A DNA stretch of 39,925 nt, taken from positions 1 to 39,925 of IMG/VR virus record IMGVR_UViG_3300034375_003668, one strand, 5' to 3'. The notes beneath the pieces are model-generated. The model was not told the DNA's origin. It made no database searches and saw nothing but the letters and a program-made list of their open reading frames with translations. The stretch comes from a virus. Lineage: Duplodnaviria > Caudoviricetes. Shown here piece by piece: positions 15,221-23,222 of this stretch. The position numbers and the translations under genes are program-made. Position 1 is the stretch's first letter. Each line of letters opens with the position of its first letter.

Positions 15221-15472
15221 TTACTTTCTACGTATAGCTTTAGCTCGCTTACCCATTCCTGTTTTTTTCTTATCAGCTATAGCCTTTCTCCTTTGAGCAG
15301 GAGTTAACTCCTTCCAGGTTACAGGCGTATCTTTAGAAACCTTTTTACTAGGTCTACACTTCTTGGTGTTCTTATTCTTCGCAGAACCACAAGGGTTCCC
15401 CTTTTCGTCAACCCACTTCTCTTTGAACCAACGCTTTAGAGCTAGACCTTTCTTTGTTTTTCTAACAGCCAT
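15221..15472 (-). CDS. small basic protein (DUF5872-like)
   Basis: LKRWFKEKWVD...CG...CRP.K.VSK.TP.T..EL. Confidence 0.75.
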   Translation of the reverse strand: MAVRKTKKGLALKRWFKEKWVDEKGNPCGSAKNKNTKKCRPSKKVSKDTPVTWKELTPAQRRKAIADKKKTGMGKRAKAIRRK

Positions 15473-15474
15473 TA

Positions 15475-15948
15475 TTAAGCAGTAGCTACTACTATTTCTA
15501 CATCAGTTTCAGCTCCGCCAGTTACTATGACTGCATTCTCTACAAAGTGAGGGCAGCTGGTTATAGTTGTACCACTAGCGTTTCCATCCATGTTTAAAGC
15601 AGTAACAAGGTAGCTTTGACCAGCGTTTAACTGAACAGCCATAGCTGCATCTGATGCGTCAGTAAAACATAGGTTTACTGCGCTAGTATCATCTAAGTTT
15701 GTGATACGCATGTACTTAAAATCCTCTGTATCAAACTTCCCACTTGTTGGGTCTGACGCAAAACTTATCAAGGTGTGAGTTGTACTAGCTTTTAGCTGAT
15801 ACACTCTGCTACTAATATTAGCAACACCTGTAATCGAAGCCGTTACAGTCTTGTTGTGTTTGATATTATTTGTTGTGTCAGCGTGAGCTATTGTCAACCC
15901 TTCTGATATAGTGACCGTTAATGTTCCAGCCGTTAATCTACTCGCCAT
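15475..15948 (-). CDS. probable virion structural (beta-rich) protein
   Basis: Thr/Ala-rich, with KYMRITNLD; lies in the late block. Confidence 0.65.
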   Translation of the reverse strand: MASRLTAGTLTVTISEGLTIAHADTTNNIKHNKTVTASITGVANISSRVYQLKASTTHTLISFASDPTSGKFDTEDFKYMRITNLDDTSAVNLCFTDASDAAMAVQLNAGQSYLVTALNMDGNASGTTITSCPHFVENAVIVTGGAETDVEIVVATA

Positions 15949-15966
15949 CGTTGTTTATTTTATATA

Positions 15967-16083
15967 TTATTTTTTCTTTCTTTTTTTCTTACCCCTAAGA
16001 ATAGCTAAGTCCTTCTCGTTTAACACGCTATAAGGAGGAGCTACTTTAGCAATCTTCATTTGTTTAGGACTTAACTTTTTCAT
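15967..16083 (-). CDS. basic micro-protein (38 aa)
   Basis: Not in ORF track: MKKLSPKQMKIAKVAPPYSVLNEKDLAILRGKKKRKKK. Confidence 0.65.
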   Translation of the reverse strand: MKKLSPKQMKIAKVAPPYSVLNEKDLAILRGKKKRKKK

Positions 16084-16095
16084 ATTTAAAATATT

Positions 16096-16257
16096 TTAGT
16101 ATGACGACTTGGAAGTCCTAGTCATTTTCTTATTAGGTTCAGAGTGAGTATACCCCATTCTTTTCATTCGCAAATGGTCATCCATTGTGTTAGCCATAGT
16201 TCCAACCCCAGTCTTAGGATGATACATCATGTGTTTTTTAAATTTCTTAGCCATCAT
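16096..16257 (-). CDS. basic micro-protein (53 aa)
   Basis: Not in ORF track: MMAKKFKKHMMYHPKTGVGTMANTMDDHLRMKRMGYTHSEPNKKMTRTSKSSY; start overlaps the upstream stop. Confidence 0.7.
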   Translation of the reverse strand: MMAKKFKKHMMYHPKTGVGTMANTMDDHLRMKRMGYTHSEPNKKMTRTSKSSY

Positions 16258-16412
16258 TTTCTTTTCTTTTTTCTTTTATTCTTAGTAGTCTTTGAGTTGC
16301 CCCAGTTGGCAGCACCCACTTTACGACATTTAGCAATAGCCCCACTAGCGTATGCCGATGGGAATACTTTGTATCTCTTTTTTACTTTATGGTAACAAGC
16401 ATCTTTAGCCAT
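16254..16412 (-). CDS. basic micro-protein (52 aa)
   Basis: Not in ORF track: MAKDACYHKVKKRYKVFPSAYASGAIAKCRKVGAANWGNSKTTKNKRKKKRK; TAATG coupling with the upstream gene. Confidence 0.75.
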   Translation of the reverse strand: MAKDACYHKVKKRYKVFPSAYASGAIAKCRKVGAANWGNSKTTKNKRKKKRK

Positions 16413-16705
16413 TACTTTTTCTTATTGTGTTTTTTACGAATGGCTTCCTTGCCCTTCTTAAATATACTAACCACCTGATTCTTACCCATAACCTTAGCTC
16501 TCTGCTCACCAACAGTTAGTATCTGTATCTTCCTAGCAAATGGTTTTCTTATTCTCTTAACCTTTGCTACAGTAGCCCTAGCGTCAGCAGGTGTTGCGAA
16601 CTTTATACGAACAGTATCCTTTGGATTCTCGTCTGTATATAACCTTCTACCGCTACCCTTTGGCTTCTTACCAGTGCCTACTTTCGGGTCTCTCTTCTTA
16701 GCCAT
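16412..16705 (-). CDS. small basic protein (97 aa)
   Basis: ORF track; GTGKKPKGSGRRLYTDENPKDTV; K/R-rich. Confidence 0.8.
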   Translation of the reverse strand: MAKKRDPKVGTGKKPKGSGRRLYTDENPKDTVRIKFATPADARATVAKVKRIRKPFARKIQILTVGEQRAKVMGKNQVVSIFKKGKEAIRKKHNKKK

Positions 16706-17002
16706 CTAGTATTTTCCCTTTCTAGATTTAGGAGAGGACTTTGTGGAGCCACCTGGTCCAGCCCATAAATGTTTACAAGCCCAATACTTAGCTGAAAGCT
16801 TATTATTTGCAGAGCCACACTTGTGTCTAGCTCTAAATGATTTACGTGCAGCCTTAGAATAGTTATGACCATATCCTGTAGCACCGAAATGGATTACCTT
16901 TTCTTTGCCACCAGAACATGCTTTAACCATCTTCTTCTTGCCAGGTCGTGTAGATTTCATGACCTTGTTGCACTTCATTTTAGACTTGTCTACCCTAGGC
17001 AT
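16706..17002 (-). CDS. small basic Cys/His protein (98 aa)
   Basis: ORF track; KK.MVKAC..G.EKVIHFG...KSFRARHKC...YWAC..LW. Confidence 0.8.
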   Translation of the reverse strand: MPRVDKSKMKCNKVMKSTRPGKKKMVKACSGGKEKVIHFGATGYGHNYSKAARKSFRARHKCGSANNKLSAKYWACKHLWAGPGGSTKSSPKSRKGKY

Positions 17003-17083
17003 TTACTTTTTCTTAACCGAAGACTTGTAAGACTTTTTAGTAGTCTTTTTCTTAGTCATCTTCTTCTTCTTACCGTACATCAT
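17003..17083 (-). CDS. Lys-rich micro-protein (26 aa)
   Basis: Not in ORF track: MMYGKKKKMTKKKTTKKSYKSSVKKK; abuts both neighbours. Confidence 0.55.
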   Translation of the reverse strand: MMYGKKKKMTKKKTTKKSYKSSVKKK

Positions 17084-17205
17084 TTCTTTCTAATTTTAGG
17101 TTTTTTACTCACCAACATAATCAATTCTGGAGTTACCCTAAGCTTCCTGCTTTTGCTGTGAGCCTTGGAATATCTTTGATTGTTATGTTGACACATACAT
17201 TTCAT
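17080..17205 (-). CDS. basic micro-protein (41 aa)
   Basis: Not in ORF track: MKCMCQHNNQRYSKAHSKSRKLRVTPELIMLVSKKPKIRKK; ATG 5 nt after a TATATTTG element. Confidence 0.5.
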   Translation of the reverse strand: MKCMCQHNNQRYSKAHSKSRKLRVTPELIMLVSKKPKIRKK

Positions 17206-17210
17206 AGCTA

Positions 17211-17218
17211 CAAATATA
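17211..17218 (-). promoter_or_regulatory. -7 element TATATTTG heading the basic-protein cluster
   Basis: TAnnTTTG just downstream of a terminator. Confidence 0.6.
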
Positions 17219-17231
17219 CTAAATTATTAAC

Positions 17232-17261
17232 AAAAAAAGAAAGCCTATCTAGTGATAGGCT
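17232..17261 (-). terminator. intrinsic terminator
   Basis: AGCCTATC-ACTA-GATAGGCT followed by TTCTTTTTTT on the minus strand. Confidence 0.8.
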
Positions 17262-17331
17262 CCCTCAGCAAACAAAAAACAAAAAAAGGACAGGGAGAAT
17301 TAAGAAGCTGTCTCCCTAGCAGCCATATTTT

Positions 17332-18093
17332 TTAATATCCACCACCACCACCACCGTGAGAAGAACTCAAACCAAATGGGCGTAATGTTTGAGACCCTGT
17401 GGCTTCTACAGGTAAAGAGGTTTCATCGTCAATAGCAAGACGGGAATCAAATACTTCATAAAAAAGTTTTACAGAAACATTGTCTGGACCACTGTGTTTT
17501 AAGTTCTTAGCTCTAACATACATAGTCGTGGAGCCGTTAACAACAATACCCCCAAGAGGATAGGAGTGAGTATCCTTGTCAGTATCCCAATATATTGTTG
17601 AAATTACAGTGTCATTTTTACCACTATTAATCACTATGCTTATTTCGTATATAGTGTTGCTATCCGTACTGTCTCCGTATATGCAAATAGAATGTAACCT
17701 GTGACTCCTGTCTAAATATACAAAAGCATCATTAACCTTTCCGTAATCAGATTTTATTTTAGATATTGTATTGGAGCCGTTAGTTATTGTTATATCACCA
17801 TCAATTCCATTAGCCCCACTATCAGAAATAGATACATTAACTATCTCAGTAAAGGTAGCCGTTGTTGTAACGTTTGCTGTTCCATTCATTGTCACAGACT
17901 CCTGCACGAACTCAAGGGCGTTAAATCCAGAAAGAGTTAACTCACGAACACCAGTTCCGCCAGACGTATCGTTTGCGTTAGAACTAACAACAACAATTCT
18001 ACTACCTCCAGCACTAACAGGTGAAGTCAGACCGCTCTGACCAACAACAGAGTGGGTGTTTTCTACGGGACCGTTAGCGTGAAGAACTCTCAT
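17332..18093 (-). CDS. probable structural / beta-sandwich protein
   Basis: VSSNANDTSGGTGVRELTLSG...ESVTMNGT..VTT pattern; Gly-rich C-terminus. Confidence 0.7.
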   Translation of the reverse strand: MRVLHANGPVENTHSVVGQSGLTSPVSAGGSRIVVVSSNANDTSGGTGVRELTLSGFNALEFVQESVTMNGTANVTTTATFTEIVNVSISDSGANGIDGDITITNGSNTISKIKSDYGKVNDAFVYLDRSHRLHSICIYGDSTDSNTIYEISIVINSGKNDTVISTIYWDTDKDTHSYPLGGIVVNGSTTMYVRAKNLKHSGPDNVSVKLFYEVFDSRLAIDDETSLPVEATGSQTLRPFGLSSSHGGGGGGY

Positions 18094-18500
18094 TACTTAT
18101 CTTTTTTTGAAGAACCCCCAAAGAAGAAGTCTACTATTGTGTTTACCTTTGCTGACATTGCTCCAAAGATAGTGGAAATAAAGCTAATTTCAAACTCTCC
18201 AAGGTCTAAAGAGCCAGTAACAAAGTAGCTAAACATAACAAAACTAATCCCAAAGTACGCAACAGTAAACAAAGTTGCTAATACCTTTTGAATAATTGCA
18301 TCATCTTTATACATGTCACGTGCAGACTTTCTGTCTTCCACTTCTTTTGCAAACGCTTCTTTCTCAGCGTCTAACAAAACCTTTCGTAGTTGTAGCTTTG
18401 CCTCTTCACGCTCCTTGTCGGTAGTGATTACAGCATCTAGTATGCCCTCAGCATTATCTACAACCTTACCTAGTATTCCTCCTAACAAATTCTGTATCAT
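18093..18500 (-). CDS. holin-like membrane protein (3TM-holin type)
   Basis: ILD..ITTDKER, EVEDRKSAR, two TM segments, FFFGGS; adjacent to the endolysin. Confidence 0.75.
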   Translation of the reverse strand: MIQNLLGGILGKVVDNAEGILDAVITTDKEREEAKLQLRKVLLDAEKEAFAKEVEDRKSARDMYKDDAIIQKVLATLFTVAYFGISFVMFSYFVTGSLDLGEFEISFISTIFGAMSAKVNTIVDFFFGGSSKKDK

Positions 18501-18502
18501 AA

Positions 18503-18970
18503 CTAATCGAAATCTATATATTCTATTGTAACTTCTTCACCATCAGCTATTGCTTTTGCAATGACTGGATAAATCCTTTTGTACGCATTAACACTTTTAC
18601 CAACGAATCCATCAGGAAGTAGTTGATTATTTTCCTGCGCATCACCCACGATGAGACAGCCAGCAGTATGCTCGTCAGTGTTTCCAGTATGAATAAGGAT
18701 ATACTCAAAGTTAGGAACGTCAGTGATATGCAACATACCACGATGTATGCCAGGGTATTTCTTAGTATATCTATCATGGAATCCTCCTTCTTTTCTTAGT
18801 TCTATATTATACGTACCAGCAGGCACACGGGTTTCACCCCTTACCTTTAATGCTCTTCTCTCGTCTTCAAGAGTGTAACACATAAACCTCATTCCCAGGT
18901 CTGTGTCTTGAAATAGTAATCCAGAAGTAGAGTCTGCCTCTGAACTAAATCTTAATACTTTTAATTTCAT
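18503..18970 (-). CDS. DUF5675-family putative endolysin (L,D-transpeptidase-like)
   Basis: CYTLED...ETRVPAGTY...VPNFEYILIHTGNT..HTAGCLIVG. Confidence 0.85.
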   Translation of the reverse strand: MKLKVLRFSSEADSTSGLLFQDTDLGMRFMCYTLEDERRALKVRGETRVPAGTYNIELRKEGGFHDRYTKKYPGIHRGMLHITDVPNFEYILIHTGNTDEHTAGCLIVGDAQENNQLLPDGFVGKSVNAYKRIYPVIAKAIADGEEVTIEYIDFD

Positions 18971-19223
18971 TGTCTAATAATTCTTTTAGCTCAGCACACT
19001 TCTCGTACTCTTCATAGTAGGCAAAGTGTTCTATGTGATTGCTAATTATTTCCTCTGTTATCTCGTCTGAAGGGTCAAAGCTTATTGGTAGTATACGACC
19101 TTCTCTAAAGTATTTTCTCAACTCTATATTAAAGTCAATCTTGCCAGTGAGAATAAGATAACCATTCTCCATGCTTTCTATAGCAAACTGTTGTGCTAGT
19201 GCTTCATCCATTATAAATCGCAA
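18945..19223 (-). CDS. hypothetical protein with a UVR-like C-terminal motif
   Basis: IEHFAYYEEYEKCAELK. Confidence 0.7.
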   Translation of the reverse strand: MRFIMDEALAQQFAIESMENGYLILTGKIDFNIELRKYFREGRILPISFDPSDEITEEIISNHIEHFAYYEEYEKCAELKELLDNEIKSIKI

Positions 19224-19531
19224 CAGTTATTTGACTTGTCGTCACAGCAATTACAAGAATCGCAATTATCTTGGCAGCAACAACAACCCTCACAGTATTT
19301 AATTTTTTGAATGGTCTCACTCCATATCTCAAAACCAGGACCTTCGCTGCATTTTTCACACTCACTCATCTGAGCAGTCCTTGTTTCAACCCACTCCTTC
19401 AGCCTCTTCTGAACAGCTTCAGAGTACAAACATATACATTCTTCTAGATTTCTCTCGCATGAGCAGTCAGTATTTTTTTTATCATCACCCATATTTCTAG
19501 TATAATCGTAGTAGTATTTAGACTTTGTCAT
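19211..19531 (-). CDS. Cys-rich small protein (metallothionein-like tail)
   Basis: C-terminal CEGCCCCQDNCDSCNCCDDKSNNCC. Confidence 0.65.
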   Translation of the reverse strand: MTKSKYYYDYTRNMGDDKKNTDCSCERNLEECICLYSEAVQKRLKEWVETRTAQMSECEKCSEGPGFEIWSETIQKIKYCEGCCCCQDNCDSCNCCDDKSNNCCDL

Positions 19532-21903
19532 TGTATGATAAGCTTTGTGGTTACGTTTAGTTTATCTTTAGATATTTTGATTAAGTAGATACCTTTACTA
19601 AGCTTTATGGTATTCACCCTGTCTTCTATAATAAACTCTCCAAGTGTGTTGTACACTTTAACATCTACCTCAGATGTGAAGTTTACCACGCCTGTTGATG
19701 GGTTTGGATATGGTAATAATTCAAGCCTTTCAAACATTGCAATATCAGTTGGTCCTGACCAACCGTCTACACAATAAGCATATAACGTTCCACATGTTGC
19801 ATCCCACGTGTTGTCACAGCAATACGGGTCAATATCTATCACCCATTCAAAGCACTCATTAGGCACATAATATATATCACCAGAGTTACAGCCAGCAGAA
19901 TAGTAGCAAGTAGAGTCCTCCATGTTAGCTGACGCATTGTAATTAATAGCGGTTGCATCAGTACACCCAGGCAAAGGATAAATACACCAAGAGCTATCAG
20001 GCGTATAGTTAGCCATTGCATTGTAGTTAATAGCTGTGGTATCAGTACATCCATAAATAAACGGTATACAGCTTCCATTATCTGTGTTTGCGTTAGGGTT
20101 GTAATTAAACATCGTGTTGTCTATACATCCAAATATAACAGGAATACAAGAACCATCATCAACATTTGCCGATAAATTATAATTGAACGAAGCAGCATCT
20201 GTACATCCTAAAACTACAGCTATACATGAGCCGTCATCAACATTAGCGGCAGGTTCGTAATTTAAAGCTGTAGAGTCGGTGCACCCTGGGACAGGATAAA
20301 TACAACTACCATCGTTAGTATTGGCTAGTGGGTTGTAGTTTAAAGCGACACTTTCAGTACATCCGTATACATAAGGAATACAAGAGCCATTGTCGGTGTT
20401 AGCTAAAGGGTTGTAATTGAATTGTGTTGAGTCGGTACAGCCATAGGTAAATGGTATGCAGCTTCCGTTGTCTGTGTTGGCTGAGATGTCGTAATTAAAC
20501 ATGCTAGGGTCGGTGCATCCAAACACTACCTGAACGCAGCTTCCATCATCTGTGTTGGCTAGTGGATTATAGTTAAGTGCATCAACATCTGTACAGCCTA
20601 GTATTGCAAAGACACAGCTATTGTCATCTGTGTTAGCTGCAACGTCATAGTTCAAGGCTGTAGGGTTTGTACATCCCTCAACAACAGCTATACAGGTGTC
20701 ATCAACATTTGCATTAGGATTATAGTTGAATGCTAATGGATTCATGCAACCTTCTACGATAGCAATACAAGAGTTAAGTAACTCCACATTAGCCAATGAA
20801 TCGTAATTAAGTGCAGTTGAGTCCATACATCCATATACAACCACTGTAGCGCAGCTACCATCATCGTAGTCGTAAGACGAATCATACTCCAAATAAAGCG
20901 GATTAGTACACCCTGGATTATAATAACAAGTTCCGTCATCTGTATTTACTGTATCGTTATAATTTACCGCTAAGCTGTCCGTACAGCCATATGTTTTTTC
21001 TATACAATTATCACCACAATAAGGTAGCCCGTAGTTTGTTTGAAAAGGAGCAAGTGGATTGGCAAATCCTCCTGGCTCATACATTGCAATATGCTCATCA
21101 GAGTATAAACTATAACCACATTGAACAGCGGTAAAGTCTGATTGCTGTGTTATGTTAAACTTAATTCCTACAGGTTCTGATATGCTTAGCTCGAAAGTAA
21201 ATGTGGTGTCAAATCCATTGTCAAGTGTAAATATTCCAAGGAAGTTGTTGCCTTGAAACACTTGTAAATAAGAGCCAGCCCAACCGTTTCCAGCTAAATC
21301 CGTAAGCTCTAAGGTATGTGTGCAACTATCAGTTAGTATATCTGTGTTAGCAGAATCTACATAGTTGTAAGCTAGTGAGTCAGTGCATCCATACACCCTA
21401 GGGGTCAAGCACATACCCGTGTCTACAGTTGCTACTGGTAAAAACTCTACAAAGTTTGGGTTCATGCAACCATATATAGGTGGAGGAGGTGCACAATCAT
21501 CTAATGTAAACCCATGAAAAGCAGAGAAACCAAAGTCCGCATCATCTATATCTACTATTGTATCACCGCAATGAACTATGTAGTAAGAACCATCTTGACC
21601 ACCCCATAAACTACCAGCAACACCATCCCCAAATGAATCATATATTTCAAATGTGTAGTCACCATTAGGCACACATAGTTGTGTAACCTGAGGTGAGTAA
21701 TCAACTATATTGGTGTATGGTCCTCCAGAAACAACTGTGTCTAAATTTTCATCTAACACAGCCCAAGATGTTTCTTCTGGGTATTGGTCTGGATTAATAA
21801 TTATATCTAGATATGTTCCGTTAGCGCACTGACCAAGAGCTGTAGCCGCAGTAAAGACAAGCACCATAATTAGTGCGTATAAAAACTTTGTAAACTTATT
21901 CAT
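19528..21903 (-). CDS. secreted GCTD-repeat protein with a T9SS type A C-terminal sorting domain
   Basis: Signal peptide ending ALG|Q; about 16 repeats of GC(T/M/I)(D/N/E)..A.NY...AN.DDGSC; C-terminal PYPNPSTG...VYNTLG...KGIYLIKI...TTKLIIQ. Confidence 0.9.
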   Translation of the reverse strand: MNKFTKFLYALIMVLVFTAATALGQCANGTYLDIIINPDQYPEETSWAVLDENLDTVVSGGPYTNIVDYSPQVTQLCVPNGDYTFEIYDSFGDGVAGSLWGGQDGSYYIVHCGDTIVDIDDADFGFSAFHGFTLDDCAPPPPIYGCMNPNFVEFLPVATVDTGMCLTPRVYGCTDSLAYNYVDSANTDILTDSCTHTLELTDLAGNGWAGSYLQVFQGNNFLGIFTLDNGFDTTFTFELSISEPVGIKFNITQQSDFTAVQCGYSLYSDEHIAMYEPGGFANPLAPFQTNYGLPYCGDNCIEKTYGCTDSLAVNYNDTVNTDDGTCYYNPGCTNPLYLEYDSSYDYDDGSCATVVVYGCMDSTALNYDSLANVELLNSCIAIVEGCMNPLAFNYNPNANVDDTCIAVVEGCTNPTALNYDVAANTDDNSCVFAILGCTDVDALNYNPLANTDDGSCVQVVFGCTDPSMFNYDISANTDNGSCIPFTYGCTDSTQFNYNPLANTDNGSCIPYVYGCTESVALNYNPLANTNDGSCIYPVPGCTDSTALNYEPAANVDDGSCIAVVLGCTDAASFNYNLSANVDDGSCIPVIFGCIDNTMFNYNPNANTDNGSCIPFIYGCTDTTAINYNAMANYTPDSSWCIYPLPGCTDATAINYNASANMEDSTCYYSAGCNSGDIYYVPNECFEWVIDIDPYCCDNTWDATCGTLYAYCVDGWSGPTDIAMFERLELLPYPNPSTGVVNFTSEVDVKVYNTLGEFIIEDRVNTIKLSKGIYLIKISKDKLNVTTKLIIQ

Positions 21904-21910
21904 TGTTGTT

Positions 21911-22624
21911 TTATAAACTTATTCCTACTCTACTAGCTATATTTTCTCTAACTAGCGTAGCGTCTGAGTCGCTAAGTAATTCGTTATATATAGCGACTTC
22001 GTATATTGTTCCATTAAAAGCATTAGAACCTCCTGAGCCTTGAGAGCCCAATACGCTGAAGTCCATTGCTTCTCCTGTACTATTTGATAGAGCAAAATTG
22101 TCAATATCATTGTTTACTCCTATGCTCACCGTGTTATCAGCTTCTTGCCTAAACATTACTATAAACCTTTCAACTCCTCCATTTCCTTCAAAGCTAAAAT
22201 CTGTAGAGTGACTTACGTTAAGGTCAAATCCAGAATTTCTTTTAGTTCTAAACTCATTGTCTGCACTTTGGTTAATTCTCATAAAATCGCTAGTACCATG
22301 AGATAAAAAAGCCATTGAAGAAGAACTGTCTGGCTCCATAGCAACAAACACGGTAAACGTAGCTGTTGTTATTGTAGATGTAAAATCCATGTGGTTTTGT
22401 GCAGCATTAAAGTCAATACCACCATCCTCTACAGAGCCTCGTTTTGATGAATCTGATTGAACGACGTGATTACTATTGCCGCTAGAGTCATTCCATTGAG
22501 CAGCAGTAACTCCTTCTCCGTTTTTTAACCAAAGCTGTAACCCACTAACATCAAGCAAAGAAAACTCTGCACCAACAGCTCCAACATTTGGAGTAACTAA
22601 GTTGTTATTTAATCCTAACTTCAT
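21911..22624 (-). CDS. LamG/concanavalin-like lectin-fold protein
   Basis: LQLWL...WNDSSGNSNH..Q...FNGTIYEVAIYNELLSD. Confidence 0.75.
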   Translation of the reverse strand: MKLGLNNNLVTPNVGAVGAEFSLLDVSGLQLWLKNGEGVTAAQWNDSSGNSNHVVQSDSSKRGSVEDGGIDFNAAQNHMDFTSTITTATFTVFVAMEPDSSSSMAFLSHGTSDFMRINQSADNEFRTKRNSGFDLNVSHSTDFSFEGNGGVERFIVMFRQEADNTVSIGVNNDIDNFALSNSTGEAMDFSVLGSQGSGGSNAFNGTIYEVAIYNELLSDSDATLVRENIASRVGISL

Positions 22625-22625
22625 T

Positions 22626-22949
22626 TTAAAATTTGCTTATAATTAGTTCGTCAATATAACTTTGTATTTCTTTTCTTGTAGCAACCATAGAAAAGCTTAT
22701 GTCTGCCTGAAACCTTTTAACCTCTTCACCATCATCAAATATTATTATAGTAGGTACAACAGCTATTTGATATTTTTTTTGATAATCTTTATCTTCAATT
22801 AGTAAAGACTGTTTATCACAATCCCCTAGCTTATTGAACCACTCTACATTATTATTGGAGTTCCAGTCAGCATTAAAGTGTATAGCCTTAACCTGACCAA
22901 AGCAAGTCGTTGCAATAAATACTACAATAATACTGAGTAAAAATCTCAT
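22626..22949 (-). CDS. exported thioredoxin-fold protein lacking CxxC
   Basis: Signal peptide CFG|Q; HFNADWN in place of FxAxWCxxC; I..VPTIIIF.DGEEVKRF. Confidence 0.75.
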   Translation of the reverse strand: MRFLLSIIVVFIATTCFGQVKAIHFNADWNSNNNVEWFNKLGDCDKQSLLIEDKDYQKKYQIAVVPTIIIFDDGEEVKRFQADISFSMVATRKEIQSYIDELIISKF

Positions 22950-23221
22950 TATCTTAGTGCGTCAATTTTGTCTTCCATTCTAATCATACGCTCTTCAAGT
23001 TTCTCTACGTTTCTTTCCGTATTCTTAATTGACTGACGTATGTTAACATCTTTCATATCAAATTCCATCTTTGATATTTCAGGTTTCGGAAGTTCTTTTG
23101 CTTCAGATATGTCGGCTTGTAATGTAAACCACATACCGACAAGCGTGAAGATTAAGGCTGCTATACCACCTAAAGTTTTAATACTTATCTTAAAGCTAGT
23201 ATCTTCATTTAGCTCTTTCAT
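22949..23221 (-). CDS. single-TM coiled-coil membrane protein
   Basis: TM segment LGGIAALIFTLVGMWFTL followed by a heptad-rich tail. Confidence 0.75.
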   Translation of the reverse strand: MKELNEDTSFKISIKTLGGIAALIFTLVGMWFTLQADISEAKELPKPEISKMEFDMKDVNIRQSIKNTERNVEKLEERMIRMEDKIDALR

Positions 23222-23222
23222 T

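Noticed and set aside
19528-21500. GCTD repeats as a diversity-generating retroelement or DNA-level tandem repeat
   Set aside because: The repeats are diverged protein-level units; no reverse transcriptase or TR/VR pair was seen.
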